The notes: generated from the sequence alone by a model not told the origin. A stretch of DNA of 64,000 nucleotides from Thecamonas trahens ATCC 50062 (GCF_000142905.1 NW_013657633.1:191855-255854); one strand, 5' to 3'; positions 1 through 11,730 are shown, counted from the first letter of the stretch. A program made the numbers and translations.

Positions 1-1
1 G

Positions 2-295
2 TCGCAGCTCTCGCTCTCGCGCGCGGTCGAGGTTGTCAACCACTCGCATGAGCTTGTGCGGAACAACGACATCAAGTTCCGGTCGCTTGTCTGCTACGGG
101 CTCAACTACAAGATCCTCCACGTGTGGATTGCGCTTCTCAGCGAAGACGAGCCGGTGGTCAAAAAGTGGTTTGAGGAGTGGTCGTTCATCCGGTCGCCGT
201 CGATCCGGGCGCAGGTCATTGCCGCGCTCAACGTCTTGGTCGAGTTCCCGTTCTGCATGTCGCTGGACATGGAGATTTCGGCGTGGGATTTGTAA
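2..295 (+). CDS. 3' end of RUN-domain protein (RUNDC1-like); 5' part lies outside the window
   Basis: Open frame from the window start: KFRSLVCYGLNYKILHVWI...VVKKWFEEWSFIRS...LNVLVEFPF matches the C-terminal blocks of the RUN domain; TAA stop at 293-295. Confidence 0.75.
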   Translation, partial: SQLSLSRAVEVVNHSHELVRNNDIKFRSLVCYGLNYKILHVWIALLSEDEPVVKKWFEEWSFIRSPSIRAQVIAALNVLVEFPFCMSLDMEISAWDL

Positions 296-330
296 AGGGA
301 TGTTTTACACATGTAGAGGGCAATACTTAA

Positions 331-1514
331 CTAGCCGATGAGGCGAGAGGCGTCATCAGGGGGGAACTTGGTCTGGGCCCAGGTGATGAGGCGCTTGACC
401 GACTGAATGTACTTGCGGGAGCGGTCGTCGTTGAGTACGTGGGCAACCTTGTGGGCCGAGATGCGCTCACGACCCGAGCGCTCGTGGATGCCAACCATGG
501 TGACGCCGATGGGCCACGGCGCGTTGCCGATGGACATGTCGACAAAGTGGCCCATGGCATTGATGTAGTCGCGGCCGTTGAGCTCGCGAACAATGGCGTC
601 GAGGCCGGCGAGGATCTCGGGATGAACCTGCTTCCGGACCAGCTCCTCAAACAGCGGCTGGAGATAGGAGCAGGTCTGAGCATACTTTGCGGTGGTCCGG
701 CGGCCGTCGCGGGTGGCGCGCTCGGTGACAGACCGGGCGTCGAGCTCGGCACCCACAAATGAAGCAGACGCGAGAAACAGAACAGAACGCGCTCGTAGAC
801 ATCGGCCGGGATCTTGCCGAGGTAGACCTCGCCGTACTCGGCGCCGGTCCCGCGCTCCGCAGGCCGAGCAGCCGACAGGGCCTCGATCTGCTCCTCCAGC
901 AGGCGCTCACTCTCTGCCTTGAGCGCACGTGAGTACTCGTTGGCCTCGCCAGTTCGGAACTCGCCCTCGTGCAGCAGCAGCTTGCGCAGACGGGCGGCGC
1001 GGGCGGCGTCCGTCTCGCCAAAGTAGGTCACCACCTCGCTGCGGGCACGCAACGCAGCCTTGACCGCATCGACCTCCATGGCCTCGCCATCGTTCTCTAC
1101 ACCAATACTATCAGTAGCCTGGTTAGCGTCGGCAGCCGTGGTAGCCGCCGTGGTCGCGGCTGCGGGAGCTGCGGCAGCCGTGTCGGTCGGCGCGAGCGTG
1201 GTGTGCGACGCGGGAGCGGTCTGTGCCTTCACGACTTCGGCGACGGGATCAAAGCGCTTCTCTGCAGTCTGAGCAGCTCTAGCCAGTGCCTCTGCCCGAC
1301 GAGCAGCAGCCTCTGCCGCAGCAGCAGACGCCTGCTGCTCATCGAGCTCCCTCCGTGTCAGATACTTGCGTCGCTTGTGTCGCCGTCCGTCGTCGCCCTC
1401 GCTGTCGCTCTGCCCCTGCCTCGCCTTGCTAGCGGGCTGGCTCTTGCCCTCGCTGCCGGCCTTGCGCTTCAGTTGGCTCCGCTTGCGCGCCAGCATGGCT
1501 TGGAGCTTGTCCAT
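331..1514 (-). CDS. PRP18: Pre-mRNA splicing factor Prp18; apparent 1-nt frameshift at about 752-754
   Basis: N-part (ATG 1514) has the PRP4-like motif VKAALRARSEVVTYFGETDAARAARLR. C-part (331-756 frame) has the Prp18 signature SIGNAPWPIGVTMVGIHERSGRERI...AHVLNDDRSRKYIQSVKRLIT. Joining RLLHLW to GAELDAR needs one extra G. Confidence 0.9.
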
Positions 1515-1750
1515 GGTGGGAGGGGGGGTGTTGGGGGGAAGGGGGGGGTGGGGGTGGGGTGGTGGCGGGGAATGACCGAGTGGAGGGATGAGCAGTGAGC
1601 AGGTGTGTGGTCGGTGGCTGCTGTTCAATGGGCTGGGCCAGGCTGAGCTGAGCTGAGCTGGGCTGAGGGGTGTCTCGGAACAGGATTGGGCTGAATCAGG
1701 CTGGAACGAGCCATGCGGTGCGTTGGGCCGAGGTGTGGGCCGAGCGTGAG

Positions 1751-3490
1751 TCAAGATCTGGCTCGGATCCGTCCCTCCCACACAACACAGCTCAGGCCAA
1801 AGATGAGTAGCGCGCCGGCGGGAACGAGGCCGGCGAGTGCAGCCTTGCCGCTGGAGACGCCGGCGATGACAAAGGCGGCCATGAAAGAAGCCCATACAAA
1901 TACCATGCCAACAAGGGCACCAGTAGCCCAGGTGACCTGTCGCTGGACAATTCGTGCAGGATCAGCCGGACGCGGCCGAGGCTGGCCAGTCTCGGCATCG
2001 GCCAGCGGATCGGCAACAGCCAAGACTTGGACCCGCCCTTCGCCAACCTCGCTCGAGCTCTGAGACGAGGAAGACGAGGAGGAGGAAGAGGAGGAGCCGA
2101 TGCTGGATGAGTTGGGATCGCGGCCACTCTTGGCTGAAGCAACGGCAGCATCAATCGAATACCGCTGGAGGGCAGGGGTGAAGCCGTCGGGCGCGCCCTC
2201 CAGGTCTGTTGGCAGTGGCCCGAGATTGTCGTAGCAGGGAGCATCAGCGGACGAAGCCGACGGTTCCGACGACGGAGCAGATGGCGGAGCAGCGTGGCGG
2301 ACGACGGCTGGGCTCGCGGCCGGGCTGGCAGTAGTGCTTGCTTCGTCTGACGAGTCGGATGTAGAGATGAGCGACGAGCGCGAGCCCATGAGATTGACAG
2401 CGGCCGCGGTCGAGTCAAGTAGGGTGTACGTCGCCATGCGCTTCGAAAGGAGCGGCATGCGCGCCGGGGTGGCGACGAGGCGGAGGAAGGAGGCACGATC
2501 AAGGACAACACACTTGACAGAGAACGAGGCGATGACGTCGGCGTTGCGGGCGCACTGAGCCATGAGCGCAACCTCGCCAAAGTAGTCGCGCGAACCAAGG
2601 GTGGCCAAAATAGCTGTTTCACCGTCCGGGGAGGTCTGTTCGACTCTGACATGGCCTGTGTCGATGATGTAGAAGCGGTCGGCGGCGGAGTCGCCCTGGC
2701 GTACAATGTACTCGCCGTCGGAGAAGACAGCCTCACCGAGGACGTCGGCGATCTGACCGAGCATGGAGGCGTCTGCGCTGCGGAAGAGCGGAACGTCGCG
2801 AAGGAACTCCTGGTAGCGGTCGCGCTTGGCGAGGGTCGAGTCCATGAGAATGTAGTTAAAGGTGACGCGATCGAGGGCCCAGAGGACCGAGTCCTTGACA
2901 GCAGTGCAGGTTGCAGCACGCGGGGCGTTGTACATGAGGGCGAGCTCGCCAAAAGCGCCCCCAGCGGTGACGGTCAGGACCTTTGCGGTCGGGCCGCCGC
3001 CGGAAGGGGTGACAAAGATGTCAAACTTGCCAGAGTCAACAATGTAGAAGTAGTCGCCCGGGTCGCCCTGGCGGATGATAGAGGTGCCGGCGACGGTGGG
3101 GAGCTCAAACATGGCGTTGACGACCACTGTCAACTGGTCGGCATCGAGATGGCGGAAGAGAATGTGACCGGCAACCGCCGATCGGATGCGGGCCTTGGCC
3201 TCGGGCGTCTTGGCGTGTTGCGGCGGTTTGAAGCCGGTCTTGCGCGGACGGAGGACTTCGGCCGAGATGGAGCCCCGCCGACCACGCCCGCCAAGTGCTG
3301 CAATCGTAGGCGAGCGGAGAGAGCCTTGGCTCGCATGGCGCATCGATGCTCCCGCTTGCGCATCAACAGCTGCCGCAGGCGATGACGACGACGAGTTGGA
3401 CGACGAGCTGCCGTTACCCGCCGCAGGAGCCACTGGCACCAGAGGGGACGCAGGTATGCCGGACGCCGGGAGCAGTGCGGCAGGGTCCAT
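1751..3490 (-). CDS. PKAR: cAMP-dependent protein kinase regulatory subunit (two CNB domains) with a C-terminal low-complexity linker and two predicted TM helices
   Basis: Inhibitor site RRGSISAE; phosphate-binding cassettes FGELALMYNAPRAATC and YFGEVALMAQCARNADV; LWALDRVTF motif; hydrophobic C-terminal segments. Confidence 0.9.
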   Translation of the reverse strand: MDPAALLPASGIPASPLVPVAPAAGNGSSSSNSSSSSPAAAVDAQAGASMRHASQGSLRSPTIAALGGRGRRGSISAEVLRPRKTGFKPPQHAKTPEAKARIRSAVAGHILFRHLDADQLTVVVNAMFELPTVAGTSIIRQGDPGDYFYIVDSGKFDIFVTPSGGGPTAKVLTVTAGGAFGELALMYNAPRAATCTAVKDSVLWALDRVTFNYILMDSTLAKRDRYQEFLRDVPLFRSADASMLGQIADVLGEAVFSDGEYIVRQGDSAADRFYIIDTGHVRVEQTSPDGETAILATLGSRDYFGEVALMAQCARNADVIASFSVKCVVLDRASFLRLVATPARMPLLSKRMATYTLLDSTAAAVNLMGSRSSLISTSDSSDEASTTASPAASPAVVRHAAPPSAPSSEPSASSADAPCYDNLGPLPTDLEGAPDGFTPALQRYSIDAAVASAKSGRDPNSSSIGSSSSSSSSSSSQSSSEVGEGRVQVLAVADPLADAETGQPRPRPADPARIVQRQVTWATGALVGMVFVWASFMAAFVIAGVSSGKAALAGLVPAGALLIFGLSCVVWEGRIRARS

Positions 3491-4506
3491 TGGGCAGGTA
3501 GTGGTAGGGGGTTGTAGAGGGGAGGGGGAGGGGGGGGGAGGAGGAGGGGGGCGAGTGGACTGCCAAGGGGCCGGTCAGTGTTGGTGGCTGTGGCGGGAAG
3601 GAGGTGGGGAGGGTGAGCGGTTGGCAACATGGTTGACCATGGAGAGGGAAAGTGGGGATGATTGCAGAAAAAAAATGTAGAGCATGGCTGACAATGTCTT
3701 GAACGGGTGCTCATGGGCATACTGTTGATGGTGGCAAGGACGGGGATGGAAAGGTAGTGATCGAGGTGGGGAGAGCAAAGAGGAGCAGGGGGGAGGGGGG
3801 GGAGGGGTTTAAAGGTGATGGAATAGTGGGGGGGGAGGGGATGGTTGGGATCGGAGAAGATGATGAGGTTTTTCCCGGCAGAGCACAAAGTGGTTTGGGA
3901 GGCAGTAGATGGCAAGCTACGGGTGCTCATGAGGCGAAGAGGATGTGGGAGGTTGTAGATGTGTGAGGACGTGGATGGTGGTGGCAGTGTGTGGGCCTGT
4001 GCATGTTGTCTACTACACATGATGGCTGTGTGTGCTGGAGAAGAGCACCAAAGCAAAGGATTACCGACGACGCAAGATCAGTCGATTTAGCAACCCACAT
4101 CATCACGTGGGCTGTGAGAGTGCTGCGCATGCACTGTTGGTGGGGTGTGTGGCAGACGAATAGCGACAACGTCCTTACGTCAGCAGGAGTTGTTCCTGCC
4201 ACAGATCGATGAGCCCTTCTTGCTCCCCCTTGACCGTCCTCGTGCCCCGCCCCGCCACCCCCGTCCCATCCGTCCGACCTCCTCTCTTGTCCTGCGGACA
4301 CATCACACACAGCGCATAGGCCATGGTACCCTCCACACCCGCCAGCCCCACGCCGATCATCCAACGACATCCCTTCCATCCGATCTGTCTGTGGCATGTC
4401 CTTGCCACAGATCGATGGCGCCCAACTGGCGTCCGATCCCAGCCTCCTCCCTCCCCTCCTTTGGGTCGTCCCCACTCGACGCCACACAGAGGGGAGGGTG
4501 TTTGGG

Positions 4507-5889
4507 ATGGAAGTTGAGGGCACAGACGTGGTCAAGCTCATACTGCAGTTCCTCAACGAGGCGTCGCTTCCTGAGACTGCAGCGGCGCTCTCGGCAGAGT
4601 CGCAGGTCACGCTTGCTGCGCCGGCGGCGCCGGCCACGGTGGCGTCGGTGACGGCGGCCACGGCTGCCGGGGCGTGGCACTCGGTCCTGCCGCATCTGAC
4701 GGCGACGCCGCTGCCGGCACAGCTTGCAGCGGATCTGGGAGCGGCGGCTGCAGGCGATCTGGCGGGCTCTTTGTCGGCGACGTCGGCTGCTGATCGCTCC
4801 GCGCTCGCCTCGGCCTTGGCGGCGTCGCTGGACGATCTTCCGCCGTCGCAGCTCCTCTCGCTCCTCGCAGCCGGGCTGCGGTTTGAGGCGAAGGCTGGGC
4901 GGGTTGGGACGCTTCTTGCGTCATCGGCGAGTTTGGCGGGCTCGGCGGAGAGCGGCGGCGGGATCCCGTCGGGGAAGGCGGGCTCGCTCAAGGCGGCGTC
5001 GGGGATTGCGGCTGTGGCCTTTGCGCCGGCAACGACTGTGGCGCGGCTGGCAACGGCGTGTTGTGACGAGCCGGGCATGGTCGAGGTGTGGGATTGTTCT
5101 CGTATGGGCGAGACGTCATCGATCGAGCCGATGATGATCATTGCGGCGCCGTCGGGGTCGGCGGTAACCGCGCTCTGCTACGCGCCTGATGCCTCACTGC
5201 TTGTCTCGGCGCACGCCGACGGAGCGGTGGTTGTGGCCGATGCCGCGAGTGGCGAGGTGGTGCGAGTCTTTGAGCCGTTTCACACCGACCGCATCACGTC
5301 TGTGACGTTCTGCGGGCCGTCGCGCATTCTCACGACCTCGCTCGATGGCACTGCTAAAGTTGTCGGGCTTGTCGGCGGGCGTGTGCTCCACGATCTCCGA
5401 GCGCACTCGGCCTTTGTCTTGTTTGGCCTCGTTCTCGACGACGCGGTGGTCACCGTCGGTGCTGATGCAGAGCTCAAGGCGTGGGACCCGCGGACCGGAG
5501 TCAATCTCGGGTCGTACACCCTCGACGGGCCGGCGCGATCGGCGGTGGCGATCGGCAACACGGTGTACGCCGTCTTGTCGACATCGGCCTCCATCCGCGC
5601 CATCTCATGGTCGGCTAGCGCGGCTGCCTTTGCGGCTGCAGGCGAGCTCGCGCTCGACGGCGATCCCGTGGGTATCGCGTCGGGAGCACGTCCGTGGCTC
5701 TACGTCCTCACTGCAACCGGCGTAGTCCACTGCGTCACCATCGGATCGACAACACCGACCCTGCAGCTTGCAGCCTCTGTTGCCACCGGAAGCGCACTGT
5801 CACCCGACACGGCGTTTGCCGCAGCTGCGCCTGCCCGGCCCGCCATTCTTGCTATTGCATCTGGCCGCAAGCTCCGGCTGTGGCAGTAG
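4507..5889 (+). CDS. SMU1: SMU1-like LisH/CTLH + WD40 splicing factor (divergent)
   Basis: N-terminus MEVEGTDVVKLILQFLNEASLPETAAALSAESQVTL resembles the SMU1 LisH region; PPSQLLSLL motif; WD repeats (ILTTSLDGTAKV, LRAHSAFV, LKAWD). Confidence 0.75.
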   Translation: MEVEGTDVVKLILQFLNEASLPETAAALSAESQVTLAAPAAPATVASVTAATAAGAWHSVLPHLTATPLPAQLAADLGAAAAGDLAGSLSATSAADRSALASALAASLDDLPPSQLLSLLAAGLRFEAKAGRVGTLLASSASLAGSAESGGGIPSGKAGSLKAASGIAAVAFAPATTVARLATACCDEPGMVEVWDCSRMGETSSIEPMMIIAAPSGSAVTALCYAPDASLLVSAHADGAVVVADAASGEVVRVFEPFHTDRITSVTFCGPSRILTTSLDGTAKVVGLVGGRVLHDLRAHSAFVLFGLVLDDAVVTVGADAELKAWDPRTGVNLGSYTLDGPARSAVAIGNTVYAVLSTSASIRAISWSASAAAFAAAGELALDGDPVGIASGARPWLYVLTATGVVHCVTIGSTTPTLQLAASVATGSALSPDTAFAAAAPARPAILAIASGRKLRLWQ

Positions 5890-6181
5890 CCTGTCTTTGC
5901 AACCCAATGCCGACACTGATCAACCAGCATGGTGATTACATCGTCGCTTAAAACACGGCGCGTGCAGATCGGGATGGGTGTGAGAGTTGGAAGTCTGCGC
6001 TTATGGTTTTGGTAGGAGGCAGGTGGCAACTGGCGGGGTGGGGTGGACGGCCCTCCTTCAAACTCACAAAGGCTTTAAGGCTCGTGAGTCGTGACGCCAG
6101 TTGGCACGGTCACACCGCCCGGGCCCCCCCCCCCCCCCCCCCTCACCCCCACCGCCACCACCGTCGGCACCGCACTCCACC

Positions 6182-9100
6182 ATGGCGAGTGCCACTCCCA
6201 CGAGTCCCACCAGCCGCACAAGCCCATCCTCGTCGTCGACCTCCACAGACTCTGAATACTTGCCCACGCCCTCGCGCCGCACTACTTTGCCGTCCTCGTC
6301 CACAGCCTCGGTGACCTCGTCGGCCTCTGGGCCTGGCACTGGGCCTGGCTCGGCCTCCGGCTCGGCCTCGTCTGGCGTGTCTAACCCGCCCATCCGTTCT
6401 CTCCCTCCGCTGCCGACGGGGAGCACAGGAGCGGGCAGTGGGGCAAAGGAGAGGCGCAGATCATTGTCATCATCATCATCATGTGAGTCGGTGTCGTCAT
6501 CGTCGGCATCGGACTTTTCGTCGTGGTCGCTCTCGCAGGAGGAGGTTGAGCAGCACCCGCCGGCGCCACCACCGGCCGACTCGGCGCCATCGTCGCTGCT
6601 GCTGGCATACTACGAGCTCGAGCTGAGTCCGCCGCACGAGCCGGTCTTCACTTCGCTGGCGGCTGGCGCGTCGCTCCCGCCGCAGTTTCACCTCTTTGCG
6701 GTTCCCATCCCGCCGCGGATCGAGTCGGGCGAGGCGGCCTTTACCCTCAACACGCTCACCTCGGTCTCGGGCGGGAGGAGCTGGCTGGCGACGGTGTCGA
6801 GCGGAACGTGTGTGTTTGGCTTTCTTGCTTCGGCGCCTGCGGTGCGGATGCTGAGGACGATAGCGGGGCAGCTCCTGGACGCGGCGTCACCGGACGCGCG
6901 GCGGGCGGTGGCGAGCTCGCTCCTCAAGTCAATGCTTGTGGTTCCGGCACCGATGCCAGCCCACTCTGGAGCGCTGCGGCTGACTACGCTTGCGCTCTCG
7001 CCGCCAGACCTGGCAGACATTCTCCTTGCGCTGCTGCTGGAGGCCAAGCTTGTGCTTGTGTCGTCGTCGCCGGGGATGCTGTCGTCTGCGGCGCTCGCGG
7101 CGCTTGCCCTCCTCGCACCTTTCCCGTGGCCATACGTGTTTGTGCCAATTGTGCCGGCGGTGATGACACAGTACCTTGCTGCGCCGACGCCGTTCATCAT
7201 GGGCGCGTCGCCGGTGACTGTGGCGGACCAGGTGGGCGACGGGGCGACGGACGTGTGTGTGGCGAGCCTCGACGGGTCTGGGCTTGCTCGGCCGCTGCCT
7301 GATGTGTATCTGGAGGCGCCACGGCCGCTGCGCGCGGCAGTGATTGCGGCAATTGTAGCGGGCTCGCGGCCCGAGCTTGAGTGTGCGGACAGGCTCCAGG
7401 CTGGTGTGCCGACGGCGCCAGTTCCCACGGTGCTGCTGTCGGCGGTCCGCGCGATCTGGGATCGGCTTCTCGCGGCGCTGCCGTATGCGGTGCGCACGGT
7501 GCAGGCCAGCACAGTGCTTGATCGCGGGGTGTTTCTTACGCTCACACTCGCAGCGGAGACGCGGGCTGACGGGAGCGGGTGGGCGTCGCCAGCACTCCTG
7601 CCGTGGCTTGCTGCTGTCTCGTCGTCGTCGCTCTTTGCGGCGCTTGTGGATGGAAGCGCGTGCCGGCTCCACGTCCGGATCTTGTCAGCTACCTCCGGAC
7701 GCTGCCAGCGCTCCGCAACGACGTGGTAGTGCTCTCGCGGGTGATTCCGGAGCTTTTGGCGTCGGCCGAGGATAGCGAGTTACCGTCGGCGCCGCGGCGT
7801 GATGCGGCGCGGGCGGTCCTGGGGTCGGCGGCCGGTCGGCTCCTCTTTGCGGCGCTTCTCTCAGCCGAGGCTGGCGGTCCGCAACCGGGCAAGGTGAGTG
7901 TGAGCGCGGCCGGGTTTGCAGCACTTGCGAGCCTTGTGGGCACGGCGCTGCGCATTGACGCGGCAGCGGCGCACTATGCTGGAGCACACATGCTTATTCC
8001 GCTGCTGACCAAGATTGTCTCGCCGTCGCGGCAGTTCCTTCTTGAGGCTGTGGCCAATGATGATGAGCTAATGGGCGCGCTGAGTCCGCTGCTAGAGGCA
8101 AGTGAGCTGTGGGCAGCGGTCTTTGCACATGTGGCGGATGCCGAGGCTGCTCAACACGCATGCACCGACGGAGCGGACGCGGGAGGGCCTGCCGACGACG
8201 AGCGCATTGCTGATGTGCTGTTTGGCCACCTGGCTGCGATTGCACACGCGATGGTGACGCTTGGGTGCACCGCATCGGCGGTGCGGGCTTTCGCATCGCG
8301 GGCGGCGTATGCGGCGTGCATCGGCGAGTCACGGGCGGCGATGGCGCGGCAGCTTGTGGCCAACCTGTTTCGGGCCAAGACTGAGATGGAGGAGAACGTG
8401 GTGACGGACGTCGGTGCGTTGATATCGGCGGGCGAGGAGACGGGCAAGGGGAAGGGAAAGGGAAAGGACAAGGGCAAGAACAAGGACAAGGGCAAGGAGA
8501 AGAGCAAGCGGCGGCGGCTTCGGCGCAAGCACAAGTCAAAGAGCGTGGATGCAAGAGCGGGCGCGGACGTTGGCAAAGACGGAGGCGCGAGTGCGGGAGG
8601 CGTGGCCTGCGAACTGAGGACAAGACTTCAGCCAGTGGTGGAAGAGGTGCCGTCGGGTGCAGTGCCACTTGTGGGCCCTGTGGTGGGTGCTGTGGTGTGC
8701 GGAGAGCTGGCAGCGTGGGGCGGAGCATGCGGTGGGGTTGTCGTCTCGACGCAGCCGCGGCTTGTGCTCCGTGGACACTCTGGGCCTGTGGGCGCACTGG
8801 CGTTTGCATCGCGGGCCGGACTGGTGTCCGGCGGGAGCGATGGGCGGCTGTGCGTGTGGCGTGCGGATCCGGAACGTGCTGGCGGATGGCGGGGGTTCTC
8901 TGTCTCGCAGACGAGCCACGACAGCGGTGTCCGTGCGCTGGCCTGCGTGTCGTCGCATGCGCTGGACGAGGTTGTGGTGTCTGGCGGCGGTGACGGGGCG
9001 GTCATCAAGTGGCAGCTGAGCGGCGACGGCGGCAGCGCCGAGTGGGTGGTGACGCCGCACGGGCGGCTTGCCGGCGGCGTCCGCGATCTTGTGGTGCTGA

Positions 9101-9777
9101 GCGGAGCGGGGCTTGTCGTGTCTGGCGGCGGCGACGGCCAGGTGGCCGGGCTCTCAGTTGCGAATGGGAGTGAGGCGTGGCGCGTGGATGTTGCGGACGG
9201 AGCGGCTGTGACGGCTGTGGCAGGGACGGACGACGGTGGGCTTGTTGTTGCCGGCGATGTCCGCGGCGGGTTTGTGGTGCTCTCCGGAAGCGACGGAACC
9301 ATTGCGGCGCGTGTGGATCTCGGGTCCGGGGCAGCGTGCGTGGACGCGGTCGGGAGCATGTGGGCGTGCGGAACGCATGGCGGGACAATCGTAGTCGGCT
9401 CTGCGTCTGGCCTCCTCGCCACAAAGCGCGTGGTGGCCGAGTCGGGCTCCGGCGCCGGGGTGACTGCGCTCAGTTGGGTGAGCGCATCGCGGCTGGTGGC
9501 GGCTGTCGACGGTAGCGTCCGGATGTGGAGCGTGGGCGGCGGTGGGGTGCTTGACGAGCTCGGGCGGCCGGCGCTGCACTCGGTCTGTCCCGGCGGCGGT
9601 GGCGTTGTCTGGGTAGGGGTCGGCAGCGGGGGCATGGCGTGGGGCGATGCTGGCGGCGGCGGCGGCCTGGCTGAGGCCGTAGAAGGAGGCCGGGTGGGAG
9701 AGGTGGTGAGGCGCCGGCGGAGGCGTAAGACCAAGTCGCGGACCCCGATCTTGGAGGGTGTTGAGTTTGGCCTGTAA
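6182..9777 (+). CDS. DENN-domain (Rab GEF) + C-terminal WD40 protein (DENND3-like); frame change at about 7650
   Basis: DENN core ILLALLLEAKLVLVSS...LLAPFPWPYVFVPIVP...YLAAPTPFIMG in the 6101-7729 frame; the overlapping 7579-9777 frame continues into WD40 repeats (LRGHSGPVGAL...LVSGGSDGRLCVW). Confidence 0.75.
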
Positions 9778-9934
9778 AGTTAGCTTCCCTAGCTCTCTCT
9801 GGTTCGCATCAGACAGACGTCTGCACCGTGATCACCCCACACACGTGACACCACTCACACCCTGCATACCCCAACCTCACCTCTGAGGTACCGAGAGTGT
9901 GTGCGACCGCCCCACTCCGCTCCCCCCCTCCCCC

Positions 9935-10690
9935 ATGATCATCTACGCCCTCGTTGCCCGGGGCACCAACGTGCTCTGCGAACACGCGGTCCGTTCAGGT
10001 ACGCTCTCCCTTCCTCCCCTTTCGCCCTGTCCACCCCCAGCACACCCCCTTACCCCCCCCCCTTACCCCCCCCCAACACACACAGGCAACTTTACCTCTG
10101 TCACGCCGCTCATTCTCGGCAAGCTCGACGCCAGCCGTAATGAGAAGCGGACATACGTGTACTCGTCGATGCACTTTCACTACGTGACGCATAACGGGCT
10201 GGTGTTCCTCGCCATGGCGGAGGCGGACACGCCACGGCGCATTCCGTTTGCCTTTCTCGCCGACGTCATCTCCCGGTTCGAGGCGCAGTTTGACGCAGGT
10301 GTGGCACGGAGGGCGATCGCGTACTCGCTCGACTCGGCGTTCAAGCCCACGCTCTCGTCGCGGATCGACTACTACAACCATGACCCGTCTGCAGACAAGA
10401 TTAGCGCAGTGCAGTCGCAGATCGACGACGTCAAGGGCGTCATGGTCGACAACATCGAAAAGGTGCTCGAGCGCGGCGAGAAGATCGAGCTCCTGGTTGA
10501 CAAGACCGACAACCTGTCGGCGCAAGCGTTCCAGTTTAAGAAAAAGTCGACGTCGCTCAAGCGGGCTATGATGTGGAAGAACATCAAGATGTGGATTCTG
10601 ATCGGGATGGTACTGGCCATCGTGCTTTGGCTCATCCTCTCGTTTGCCTGCGGCTTTGACTTTTCCAAGTGCAAGAAGAAGAAGAAGTGA
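9935..10690 (+). CDS. VAMP7: VAMP7-family longin R-SNARE; one intron 9999-10085
   Basis: MIIYALVARG longin start; RRIPFAFL; SNARE motif VKGVMVDNIEKVLERGEKIELLVDKTDNL; C-terminal TM; 87-nt GTACGC...CACAG intron. Confidence 0.95.
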   Translation: MIIYALVARGTNVLCEHAVRSGTLSLPPLSPCPPPAHPLTPPPYPPPTHTGNFTSVTPLILGKLDASRNEKRTYVYSSMHFHYVTHNGLVFLAMAEADTPRRIPFAFLADVISRFEAQFDAGVARRAIAYSLDSAFKPTLSSRIDYYNHDPSADKISAVQSQIDDVKGVMVDNIEKVLERGEKIELLVDKTDNLSAQAFQFKKKSTSLKRAMMWKNIKMWILIGMVLAIVLWLILSFACGFDFSKCKKKKK

Positions 10691-10850
10691 TGGGAACAGC
10701 TGTGACTAGGCTGCGTAGCAGCAGCATTGAAATCAAGGAACCAAGAAGGGCGTAGCCTCACACGTATCGCATCGCAGCTTGAGCTGAGCGCTGGCAACTG
10801 CCGAGTGTGCGAGTGCGAAGAGGGTCTGGAGATGGGCAAAAAAAGAAGTT

Positions 10851-10922
10851 CTTCCTCGCCGGGGATTGAACCCGGATCTTCAACGTGACAAGCTGAGATA
10901 CTAGCCATTATACTACGAGGAA
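10851..10922 (-). tRNA. trnD-GTC: tRNA-Asp(GTC), copy 1
   Basis: Cloverleaf: acceptor TTCCTCG/CGAGGAA, anticodon arm TCAGC-TTGTCAC-GTTGA, T arm CCGGG-TTCAATC-CCCGG; followed by an oligo-T Pol III terminator. Confidence 0.97.
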
Positions 10923-11205
10923 TTGCTTGATGATCAAGCCACAGAAAAGTGAATATATAGTGTACAATCAATGCTCACCCCAACTACTGCGGCTGATCAT
11001 GGCTAGATCTTGGACGCTGGACCCGCTGCTAGACACCTCCAAAGGTGCTCGAGACTAGGATTTTCAGCTTCACAGGAGGAAGATGCGGCATGGTCGCCAT
11101 CAGCTTGCGCACATCACACGATGTCGAACAAGGAGTGTGTTGGCTACTCTTGGGTGGGCTACTGTAGAACTAGCGGCAGGGTCTGGAGATGGGCAAAAAA
11201 AAATG

Positions 11206-11277
11206 CTTCCTCGCCGGGGATTGAACCCGGATCTTCAACGTGACAAGCTGAGATACTAGCCATTATACTACGAGGAA
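11206..11277 (-). tRNA. trnD-GTC: tRNA-Asp(GTC), copy 2
   Basis: 72-nt sequence identical to copy 1; T9 terminator downstream. Confidence 0.97.
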
Positions 11278-11730
11278 TTCGTTGAGTGACAACGGCTATC
11301 TTCACATCTTTATAGCATGCAATGGAGTCACCGCACTTGCCGCAGCATCGTAGTGTGCGCCCCCGAGTAGGATGGGCACGCCATCGCAGCCAAGGCAAGT
11401 GTCGAACGCGCTGTTGCAGACACTGCACGCATCAAAATCCTCGCCCGAGCTAGGCACACCATCGCAGGTCGTCTTGTTGCTTCAGGGCGGTGGCCCGAGT
11501 ATACCGCCAGCCACAGGTGATGTCTTGGTTGGGCTCGTGGTTGGCGAGAAAGGAACAGCCTGACTGAGGGCAGTGATTGTGATTGGCAAGAACGGCTCAA
11601 GTTGGACTGGTAGTGGAGGCTCCCCTGCTCACCTGTCCACGAACCTCTGCACGCACCGACCGAACTCGCCTACTGTACCAATCCAATATACACTATATAA
11701 TGCTGTCCTTCCTCGCTCTGTATCAAGCAA

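Noticed and set aside
745-752. 8-nt GT...AG micro-intron explanation for the Prp18 frameshift (and an 11-nt one at about 7646-7656 in DENN)
   Set aside because: Too short for spliceosomal introns, lacks the GTACG donor seen elsewhere, and would delete the conserved W-x-x-E-L spacing of Prp18.
3927-9734. Many long overlapping or antisense ORFs (e.g. 3927-5141, 6688-7545, 8628-9734, and similar ones throughout the window)
   Set aside because: Shadow ORFs expected in high-GC coding DNA; low-complexity R/A/S/P translations with no motifs.
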